From an uncultured Bdellovibrionales bacterium (lineage in GTDB: Bacteria > Patescibacteriota > Minisyncoccia > Moranbacterales > UBA1568): a DNA stretch of 64,000 bases. The stretch covers positions 80,296 through 144,295 of the forward strand of contig CAZTBI010000002.1 in NCBI GenBank assembly GCA_964612055.1, read 5' to 3'. This document shows, piece after piece, positions 45,648-55,400 of the stretch (position 1 is the stretch's first letter; the number at the start of each line of letters is the position of its first letter). The translations under genes were made by a program, and so were the position numbers. The notes beneath the pieces are model-generated. The model worked only from the letters and a program-made list of their open reading frames with translations. It made no database searches and was not told where the DNA came from.

Positions 45648-46730
45648 ATGAAAATCTCCCATTCTTCCTTATTGAATAAGACGGCTTTGCTCGGCCTGTT
45701 TTTTGTCTTCTCTTTCCTCTTGCCACTTCAAGCACGAGCTCAGACGAACCAAGATTCGATCGAAGCGGGTCTCCGCCTTGTGACCTCTCCATTGCCTATC
45801 AGCTTGGTGACCGAGCCAGGGACCTCGATCTCAACTGATCTCAAGATAAAGAATGGTGGTGCAGCAGAAGAGCGTCTCCAGGTGACACTCATGAAATTTC
45901 GGGCCTATGAAGAGTCTGGAAAACCACAGCTTTTAGAGCGAGAAGCTGGAGACGACTTTCTTGATTGGGTTCATTTTTCAGAATCAACCTTTACGCTCGC
46001 TCCGAACGAATGGAAAACAATTACCGCTACCTTTGAGGTGCCACCTACCGCCTCCTTTGGTTACTACTATGCTTTTGTGTTCTCTCGATCCGGGGAAGGG
46101 ACAATGCTCCAGGAAAGAGAAACGGCCATTGTTGGCGGTACGGCCGTTCTCGTGCTCCTCGAGGCTCGTGTTCCCAATGCTCTGAGACAGGTAGAAGTTG
46201 CTGAGTTTTCTCTCGACAAAAAGTTCTACGAGTTTCTTCCAGCGACCTTCTCCGTACTGTTGAAAAACTCTGGTAATGTCCATGTGGCACCTCGGGGCAA
46301 CATCTTCATTGATCAGGGAACAACACATGACGTTGCTATTCTCGAGATTAACCACGAGAAGGGGAGTATTCTTCCTCAATCAAACCGTGCCTTTGAGACA
46401 ACTTGGGAAGATGGTTTTCCGCTCTATGTCGACAAGCTTGAAGATGGAAAAACGGTGCGTGATGAAGAAGGAAATATCATGCAAACTCTCAAGTGGGACT
46501 GGAACAATGCCTCCAAGCTTCGTTTTGGTAAGTACACCGCCAAGATGCTCTTGATCTACGATGACGGACAGCGTGATATCCCGATCGAAGGAGAAGTGTC
46601 TTTCTGGGTGGTGCCTTGGAGGATTATTGGACTGGCTCTCTTCAATATACTGCTCATCGTAGGGTTGATCCTCTACGTGATTCGTCTGCGTCGTAAGTTA
46701 AAGCGTTTGAACTATGAAGAAAAGAAATAA
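45648..46730 (+). CDS. Membrane-anchored cell-surface protein, DUF916/DUF3324-like architecture (copy 1)
   Basis: Start chosen at MKISHSS. Signal peptide ...LPLQARA, a beta-rich ectodomain of about 300 aa, C-terminal TM helix plus basic tail (RLRRKLKR). Confidence 0.65.
   Translation: MKISHSSLLNKTALLGLFFVFSFLLPLQARAQTNQDSIEAGLRLVTSPLPISLVTEPGTSISTDLKIKNGGAAEERLQVTLMKFRAYEESGKPQLLEREAGDDFLDWVHFSESTFTLAPNEWKTITATFEVPPTASFGYYYAFVFSRSGEGTMLQERETAIVGGTAVLVLLEARVPNALRQVEVAEFSLDKKFYEFLPATFSVLLKNSGNVHVAPRGNIFIDQGTTHDVAILEINHEKGSILPQSNRAFETTWEDGFPLYVDKLEDGKTVRDEEGNIMQTLKWDWNNASKLRFGKYTAKMLLIYDDGQRDIPIEGEVSFWVVPWRIIGLALFNILLIVGLILYVIRLRRKLKRLNYEEKK
45704..46628 (+). repeat. Tandem direct repeat copy 1 (925 bp, 100% identical to copy 2)
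   Basis: Identical to 46776-47700 at a 1072-bp period. The ORF track shows identical sub-ORF translations in all frames. Confidence 0.9.
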
Positions 46731-47799
46731 AAATTTCCTTAGAGAGAAAACGATAGGTGCAATTTTTGTGCTTACTGTCTTCTCTTTCCTCTTGCCACTT
46801 CAAGCACGAGCTCAGACGAACCAAGATTCGATCGAAGCGGGTCTCCGCCTTGTGACCTCTCCATTGCCTATCAGCTTGGTGACCGAGCCAGGGACCTCGA
46901 TCTCAACTGATCTCAAGATAAAGAATGGTGGTGCAGCAGAAGAGCGTCTCCAGGTGACACTCATGAAATTTCGGGCCTATGAAGAGTCTGGAAAACCACA
47001 GCTTTTAGAGCGAGAAGCTGGAGACGACTTTCTTGATTGGGTTCATTTTTCAGAATCAACCTTTACGCTCGCTCCGAACGAATGGAAAACAATTACCGCT
47101 ACCTTTGAGGTGCCACCTACCGCCTCCTTTGGTTACTACTATGCTTTTGTGTTCTCTCGATCCGGGGAAGGGACAATGCTCCAGGAAAGAGAAACGGCCA
47201 TTGTTGGCGGTACGGCCGTTCTCGTGCTCCTCGAGGCTCGTGTTCCCAATGCTCTGAGACAGGTAGAAGTTGCTGAGTTTTCTCTCGACAAAAAGTTCTA
47301 CGAGTTTCTTCCAGCGACCTTCTCCGTACTGTTGAAAAACTCTGGTAATGTCCATGTGGCACCTCGGGGCAACATCTTCATTGATCAGGGAACAACACAT
47401 GACGTTGCTATTCTCGAGATTAACCACGAGAAGGGGAGTATTCTTCCTCAATCAAACCGTGCCTTTGAGACAACTTGGGAAGATGGTTTTCCGCTCTATG
47501 TCGACAAGCTTGAAGATGGAAAAACGGTGCGTGATGAAGAAGGAAATATCATGCAAACTCTCAAGTGGGACTGGAACAATGCCTCCAAGCTTCGTTTTGG
47601 TAAGTACACCGCCAAGATGCTCTTGATCTACGATGACGGACAGCGTGATATCCCGATCGAAGGAGAAGTGTCTTTCTGGGTGGTGCCTTGGAGGATTATT
47701 CTCGGAACACTCGCACTCGCACTCTTTGCTTTCTTAGGGGTTCGTTCGACACTTCAGAATATCTGGAAGAAAATAGCGAAAAAAGATACGGTATCATGA
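46714..47799 (+). CDS. Membrane-anchored cell-surface protein, DUF916/DUF3324-like (copy 2, different N- and C-termini)
   Basis: Identical central 308 aa. Distinct signal peptide and a distinct C-terminal TM/tail (GTLALALFAFLGVRS...). Confidence 0.65.
   Translation: MKKRNKNFLREKTIGAIFVLTVFSFLLPLQARAQTNQDSIEAGLRLVTSPLPISLVTEPGTSISTDLKIKNGGAAEERLQVTLMKFRAYEESGKPQLLEREAGDDFLDWVHFSESTFTLAPNEWKTITATFEVPPTASFGYYYAFVFSRSGEGTMLQERETAIVGGTAVLVLLEARVPNALRQVEVAEFSLDKKFYEFLPATFSVLLKNSGNVHVAPRGNIFIDQGTTHDVAILEINHEKGSILPQSNRAFETTWEDGFPLYVDKLEDGKTVRDEEGNIMQTLKWDWNNASKLRFGKYTAKMLLIYDDGQRDIPIEGEVSFWVVPWRIILGTLALALFAFLGVRSTLQNIWKKIAKKDTVS
46776..47700 (+). repeat. Tandem direct repeat copy 2
   Basis: See copy 1. 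Confidence 0.9.
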
Positions 47800-48731
47800 A
47801 GTTTTTTTCATTTTTCATTTTTTCATTTTTTGCCCTTACCCTTGTTTCTGTTCCCGGGAAGAGCATTGCTCAGAGTGAGCAAAGAGGTCTTTCGGTGAGC
47901 CCGGTTTTTCAAGAAGTTGTTTTTGGAGCAGAAGATGTCCAGGCTGAATTTTCGGTGACTTTGAAAAACGAGACAAAGGAAGCGGTAACCATGTATCCCT
48001 CGGTCGTTGATTTCGGCTCTTTGGATGAGAGCGGGGGAGTGGCTTTTCTTGGACAATCTGAAAATTTGGAACGCAAGTATTCTTTGGCTTCATGGATGCG
48101 ACCAGAAAAAGACGTGCTGTCTCTCGATCCTGGCGAAACGGAAGAATTGCAGGTAGTGATAGAAAACAGAGAAACGCTCTCACCGGGCGGACACTATGGA
48201 GCGGTACTGTTTAAAATAGGCGATGAAGCTGGTGTTTCAGAAAAAGAGAACCAAGTCGCTGTTCAGCAACTGGTGTCGGTGCTTGTTTTTGCCAAGAAGC
48301 AGGGTGGAGAGGTGTATCACCTTGAACTCGGGGAAAGTACCTGGTCTAAAAATCTCTTTGCCACGCCTTCTCGAGTAGAGCTGCGCTTCCAAAACCCTGG
48401 GAACATTCATGTTGTGCCACGAGGCACAGTGACACTGACGGATCCTTCGGGGAGAAAAGTAGCTAAAGGTGTTATCAATCAAGAATCAGGGTTTTTACTT
48501 CCGGAAACACTCCGTACCTACCCGGTGAAACTCCAAAACCTTTCCCGAGAGTTCATTCCAGGAAAATATACCCTCACCATAGCCTATCGTTACGACGGAA
48601 AAGAGGATGTCGTAGTGAGAGAAATGAGTCGCGTCATTTTCCCTTGGCAGGGATTGGCAGGGATTGCCTGTATATTAGCAATTTTGTATGGGAGACGTCT
48701 CTTGAGAAGAAAGTCTTCCTTTGGAAAGTGA
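47778..48731 (+). CDS. Membrane-anchored cell-surface protein, divergent third DUF916-like paralog
   Basis: Start chosen at MKFFSFFIF. Signal peptide, same domain order (NxxVxxxPRG, KYTxxxxxxYDDG), C-terminal TM plus RRLLRRK tail. Confidence 0.6.
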   Translation, partial: EKRYGIMKFFSFFIFSFFALTLVSVPGKSIAQSEQRGLSVSPVFQEVVFGAEDVQAEFSVTLKNETKEAVTMYPSVVDFGSLDESGGVAFLGQSENLERKYSLASWMRPEKDVLSLDPGETEELQVVIENRETLSPGGHYGAVLFKIGDEAGVSEKENQVAVQQLVSVLVFAKKQGGEVYHLELGESTWSKNLFATPSRVELRFQNPGNIHVVPRGTVTLTDPSGRKVAKGVINQESGFLLPETLRTYPVKLQNLSREFIPGKYTLTIAYRYDGKEDVVVREMSRVIFPWQGLAGIACILAILYGRRLLRRKSSFGK

Positions 48732-48777
48732 ATCACTTTCCAAAGCATCTTTTAGTGAGGGAAAACAAAGAAAAAGC

Positions 48778-49389
48778 ATGTCAAAAAGAGAGAATACTTG
48801 GTTTACAATGATACACGCACAGAAGAAAAGCCTTTGGGGAGGGTTTTTCGTAACGCTCCTCGTAGTCGGACTGTATTTTCTCTGGCACTTCATGAATGAA
48901 AAGGCTACTGGAGTAGTTTATCAGATAGAAAAGGACATATTTTCTTCTGACAAGGAGCAAGAGATAAGGCTCTATAAAGGGAAATATGTTCATTTTTCTT
49001 CTGCCGGGACATACGAAGAAAAGACTCATGAGATACCTGAGAAAGGTCCAATCAAAGAGAGCATTCTCCTTGCAACATCAGGATCAGACTGGAAAAGAAT
49101 AGCGGTAACAGTTGCTTCTCGAGGCACCGATGATCTTTCAAGTGACCCGTCATTTCAGATGCGTGCTCATGCTCCAGGGGAATATGAAAAAAGCTCATTT
49201 TCTCAGTCGCAAGCACCTTTTTCCGGCGTTTTTTTTGAAAAAAACACGCAACCATTCGAAAGAACAGCTTTTTTTGCTTTGGATGAGTATATAGTGAGTA
49301 TTTCAGCGACATCCCTCTTGAGATCTGATGGGTTGGAAACGGAACTCTCCGAAATTATTTCAAGTCTGCAATTTGAATCAGGGCAGTAA
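48778..49389 (+). CDS. Hypothetical membrane-anchored protein
   Basis: 204 aa from MSKREN; single N-terminal TM helix. Confidence 0.4.
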   Translation: MSKRENTWFTMIHAQKKSLWGGFFVTLLVVGLYFLWHFMNEKATGVVYQIEKDIFSSDKEQEIRLYKGKYVHFSSAGTYEEKTHEIPEKGPIKESILLATSGSDWKRIAVTVASRGTDDLSSDPSFQMRAHAPGEYEKSSFSQSQAPFSGVFFEKNTQPFERTAFFALDEYIVSISATSLLRSDGLETELSEIISSLQFESGQ

Positions 49390-49458
49390 GAAAAACCCTC
49401 TTGACTTCAAGAATGTTTCTTTGCGAAAATCGCTTATTCTTGCTATTCTAGAAGCATA

Positions 49459-52400
49459 TTGAGTCGGGGTGAGCCGACGCAGATGTTTTTTTGTATGCCA
49501 TTCTCACCGAGAAATCTCAAAACAAAAAAAATATACAACGGCTACAAGAATTTTTTCTTGCTGCCCCTCTTTTTTACAGGTATTGCTCTTGTAGCGTTTT
49601 TTTCGTCTCCTGATGTTTTCGCCGCTACTGGTATCAACGAGGAAATTAGTTTCCAAGGGAAGGTAGTCAATGATGATGGTACCAATGTTGCCAATGGTAA
49701 CTACGATTTTGTTTTCAAGCTCTACACCGTCTCTTCAGCTGGGACAGCAGTCTGGACCGAAACTCGAACGGGTGGCAATCAGGTGACGGTGACTGACGGT
49801 ATTTTTCAGGTCAATCTTGGTTCGGTGACGACTTTGCCAGGATCAGTTGATTTCAATACCGATAACATCTATCTCGGTATCGAGTTTAATAGCGATGGTG
49901 AAATGTCACCCCGGGTTCATTTTACGGCTGCCCCCTATGCCATGAATGCGGCCAAGGTAGGAGGGCTGACGGTGACTGATACTACGGGTACGCTGACGAT
50001 TCCGAATGGCAAGACGATTTCTTTTGCTGATGATTTTACAACGTCTGGAGCTTTTGCAACGACACTGACTGCGACGGCGACAACTAACGTCACGCTCCCA
50101 ACGACAGGGACACTAGCGACATTGGCAGGGAGCGAAATATTCACGAACAAAACTATTGGTTCTACCGGGCTGGTCTTTTCTGGCGCGACGACGGATATTA
50201 CCACTGCCTCAAACGAAGATCTGACTCTTACGGCAGCTGGTTCAGGAGATATCGTGTTGGTACTTGATTCAGGTACTTTTGTGAATCTGACTGGTGGCGC
50301 TGATGGAACAGCGGCGTTGACACTGGCGGCTGGTGATCTGACGCTCACTGACGGTGATCTCATTGTGACGGCTGGGGATGTGAATTTCACTTTGGATGTT
50401 GCCGATACATTTAATATCGTTAAGTCTGGGGCCAACGCTGGTGATGTCGCCAACATCACTGCCTCGTCGGTCAATGCTCTTGATGGCTTGCAGATTGATC
50501 TCACAGCGACGACTGATTCTGGAGCAGACAATGTCACGGGTCTTGATCTTGCCTGGACAGAATCTGCGGATGCTGATGTCTGGACCGCTCTCAATCTGCC
50601 GAATACCACAACAACGAATTCCTCCACGAGGGCTTTTGTTATAGGGACGGGATATGACACTATTCTTGATACCGCTGCCCTCGATATTTCTGGAGCAGGA
50701 GTGATTTCTGGGGCGACGGGAATTTCGACGACTACTCTTACGGCATCATCCACTATCGCTGCCAATGGCGGTATTACCTTCGATGCTTCCACAGATACGT
50801 TGGGTGCTTTTACAATGGCTGGCACACTCGATGCCAATGCTAATATCCTGACCAATATTGGAAACTCGGGTACGGATTTCGTAGCCTCGACGGGCGCACT
50901 GACCTTGGCTGGAGTCTTGACGGCCAATGGTGGTATTAGTTTGTCGGCCAGTCAGTCTCTCACAGCAGTAGCTCTTTCATACATTGACCTTGGATCTATC
51001 ACTCATGGTACGACTGCGGTGCAGGGTCTGCGTCTCCCTCAAGCGGCTTCGGCTAGTCCGTCGAGCCCGAGTTCGGGCGAGGGCTATCTCGCTTGGGATG
51101 CGAGCGGCAATCAACTCATTTACTATACGGGAAGTGCTTGGTCCACGATTTCAGGTGGCAGTGGCTACAATCTGATCAAGGATGAAGCAAGCAGCCTAAC
51201 CGCTCGAACGACGTTAGCTTTTCTTGGATCAGGAGTGTCCTGTGCCGACAATGCTTCACAGACAGAGTGTACTATTTCTGGCGGTGGTTCGAGTGATTTA
51301 CAAACCACGTATGGCAATGATGCTGATGGATCTGATGCGACGATTTCTCTTACGACGGCTGATGATTCACTTATTTTTACAAACCCAACCTCCTCTGGTA
51401 CCGACAGCGCCTTCCTCCTCCAAATTTCTCAGCAGCACACGACTGCTGGCGTCGTAGCGCTCGATATCACACAGTCATCCAGTGGAGCAAATGGTCTCAA
51501 TCTTACTGCGAATGCTATCGATACCGAGACGGCTCTAGCAGTGACAGCGAATACGCTCACTTCTGGCTTCGGTCTCAGTATCGCTTCCTCATCAGCGGCT
51601 CTTACGGGAGCATTGCAATCGATCACACTTTCCGGTTCCAATGCCAGTAACACGGGTTCGCTCCTCGCCCTTGATAACACGGGCACCTCCAATGCCAATA
51701 CTTCGCTCTACATCAAGCACTATGCGACTGGTACCAACAATCTGGCCTTCCGCATCGATGACGTCTCTGGTGATACCACGCCGTTTGTGGTTGATGGTAC
51801 CGGGGCAGTAGGTATCGGAACGACAGCACCAACGAGTTTGTTCGAACTCTATGGTACTGGAGCGGCTGACATTGTCGGTACCCTGACCGCCCCTGACGCG
51901 ACGTACGATCCCATTTTCAAATTCCGCACCGGTTCGACTCCGGCCGTTATGTTCTCGATGGGTGTTGATAACTCTGATTCAAGTAAATTCAAGATCTATT
52001 CTGGTGATGGCCTAGGAAGTGGTGATGAATTCGTCATTGATGCCGGTGGCGTGACGACTATTGCCAACCTCAATCTTGGAGCTACCAGTTTTGACGAAGA
52101 CGCCGGTATTGTTTCTTGGATGGATATGTCGGTGACTGCATCATCAGCAGTAGACAGTATCCAGAGTTATTCGGCGCTCATTGATGGCAATAGTCTTCTC
52201 ACGGTTTACGCTGAATCTGATGGCGCTGACGGTATTCAGGATAAGCGTATTCAGATTGGTGAGGGCGGAGCTGGCTCGACGGGCCCAACGCTTTTGGCTC
52301 TCGATGTGAAATCAGATACGAGCGATCCAGCGGGTTTCGAGGGTGCCATGTACTACAACACGTTCGATAATGTTTTCCGCTGTTACCAGAATAGTGGCTG

Positions 52401-55400
52401 GACGAACTGTATTGGGTCGGGTGGTTCATCGGATCTTCAGGCAACGTACGGTAATGATGCCGACGGTTCCAACGTCACTATTTCCCTGACCTCGGCGGAT
52501 GACGGCATCGTTTTCAGTAACCCAGCTTCTTCTGGTACTGACAGCGCCTTTACCTTCAAAGTAGAACAGCTGAATACCGGTATCGATAACGACGCTTTGT
52601 ATATCGACAATCGTGGAACAGGGGATGGGCTGCGGATTGATGATGAATCTGGCGATACCACGCCGTTTATTGTCGACAAAGATGGTCGGGTGGGTATCGG
52701 GACGAGTTCCATTAGCGCTGCCGCTGCGACGGAACGTCTCCTTCAGGTTGGGTCAGAAACAAACCGAGGAAATAGTGTGACATACGGTGAAGTGGTAACA
52801 AAAGGTCAGCGCGACATCACGGCGCTTACCAATATTAAGGATATCTATGTGTACGACACCACGGCTGATAGTGATGGTGGTCGCTGGATTGACTGGGCGA
52901 CGACCGATAAATTGTCGTGGTATACGGAGACGCTTGATGATGGCCCGAATGACCCGTGCAATATTGCCTCTGATGATCGCTGTTACAAGGCCTCGTTCCC
53001 GCGCAAGGCTATTTTGGTCGTAACGACCGATGCTCTCTATATTTTCGATGCCCAGGACAACACCTTGTGGATGAAGTTTAGTCAGAACGCCTCTGGATAT
53101 GCGCTTGGTATTGATACTAACAATGATCCTTCGTCAGTGAGCGCTTTGAACGGGGTGATCTATGTGGGAACCAATGGAGTCTCAGCTGGAGGGCTTTATG
53201 CATTTGATTTTACGACAGATCGGATGTGGAAATATGACTCTACCGATCGTAGTCAAGGTGATGTTGGTATAGGAAGTCGCAACAGCGCTGTAACATATAA
53301 TTCTGATAATAATACCCAGTTTGATCTTGGTAATGATACCGGTTGGGATGCTGTGAATGATGTATCAGTTGCTACGATGCAGTTTAGTACCACGGCCATT
53401 GCTATCGGTACTACCACGAACATTGGTCCGGGCAATGGTTCAACGCTCGTGGCTGTGGCTACTGATTCAGGACTGGGAGTTATTAATCTTTCTAGACAAC
53501 GTTATGTCGCTTATTCGGATGCTACGGATGATAACTACAATGCCGTCGTAATTACACGGACCGCTAAACTGTATGGCTTGAATAATACCCTAGACCAAGC
53601 AGAAAAGTGGATTAATATTGATCAGGATCAGGTGAGCGAAGAAAATGGAACGCCTGATAAGGTGTGGGATCAAGCTTCTACGCCTGCGCTTTCTAAAACT
53701 CAGCCTGCAATCAGTAGTGGGGCACCAGATGCGCTCGAGGTAGTGGAGCGTGGCTCGCTTGCGGACGGTGGTTTGCTTTCGACAGCTGCCGCTGCTGGTT
53801 CTTCAGACCTTATCTATGTTGGTACTGACCAGGGTTTGACAGAAATCCATGATCATTCGACCCCAGCTTCTGGTTGGTCAAAATTTTTCAATACTACTAA
53901 GCAGTCAGCGCTCATGCCGGGAACTATCAAGCGTGCCCATATGATGGATGATGCTTCTGGAGATTTGACAGATGATAGTTTCCGAGTAAATACCATGGCG
54001 CCCATTGGGGGCGTAACCTATGGAATCAATGGTGCGCGAGGAAAAGCAGTGACGCTCAATGGTACGAGCGGATTCTTCTGTTCAGATAATGGTGGAGCAA
54101 CTTGTGCTGTAGATACTGATGACAATATGAGCACAACCGCTTGGAATATGCAGATGTGGTTTAAGCATTCTGTAACTCAGGCAGGGACTGATGTTTTGTA
54201 TAGCCGCTGCTACAATACAACCCCGGCTGCTGCCGCTGCCTGTGTAACAGTCTATATGACGAGCACTGGTACTATGGTTGCTGCTTATGATGATGATGCT
54301 ACTTGGACAGCTTACTCCTCGTACGATGCTATGCTCACCTCGACACGGACGTATAATGACAATCAATGGCATCATATGGTTATGGCTCGTGATAACGCCA
54401 ATGACCTCCATTTCTTTATTGATGGCACGCCGATTGTTTCAAATAATGCGACTGGATCGACGCTGACACTTGATGCTAGTCAAATCGTATCGATCGGAGC
54501 GGATTGTAGCGTAGGAGTGGCCTGTGCGACAGGGGCCAATTTCTGGGATGGTTCCATAGATGACTTTACCTTTAGTCAGGGTACGACAACAGTAGATGCG
54601 TTGACGGGAGCGCAGGCACGCCGTCTCTATAATGATGCTCGGCCTCTTTTGAACAAAAAAGTAATCACGGTTACTGATGCTACTACCGCTACCTCTACCA
54701 CGATAGGTGATTCAGGAGAAACATGGATTCCGAATGAATTTTCGAGTCAGATTGTAGAAATTACGAGCGATACCGGAGCGGGTCAGACACGTCGCATCGT
54801 TGCTAATACGACAACAACATTAACTGTTTCCCCAGCCTTTTCGACAGTACCAGACACGACTTCAGATTTCGAAATCAATCCGGAAATTTTGTACGGCGCT
54901 TCGAATACTGTGACAGCCATCGGTGTCACGGGAGAGTCAGCCATGGGCGAAGCGCGTCAGTTGTGTGTAGGTACGAATAGCACGACTGACACGGGTGGTG
55001 TCACGTGTCTTAACCATCAAGCTGGGCCGAACCTGGTAGCTGACATGTATCACGGAGACTCGGAACAGACCGATGATAGTGGTGCGGAATGGACGGGCAC
55101 GGACTATGATGATATCCAATCTATTGATATCTCCGGTCGTGCGATGGTAATTGGCTCCATGGCGCACCTCTGGACAGAAACGGAAGATGTTCGTCTAGGA
55201 CAAGGAATGGATTATCTTTCCAATAAGATATTTGATTTGACTAACGTGGTAAAGAACCTTGGTATGCAGACCCTTGCTGGAAGTGGTAGCATGGAAATTG
55301 GTTTAACCGGTGGCGCTGACTTGGCTGAGCATTATTATTCGAACGAAGTTCTTACTGCGGGAGAGGTGGTAGCGATCGACAAGAGTCTTGTCGCGGGGAT

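Noticed and set aside
49935-50927. 330-aa minus-strand ORF inside the giant gene
   Set aside because: Antisense of a Thr/Ala/Gly-rich repetitive region. Low-complexity Ala/Val/Ser/Pro composition with no start context. The sense-strand 2473-aa ORF is continuous.
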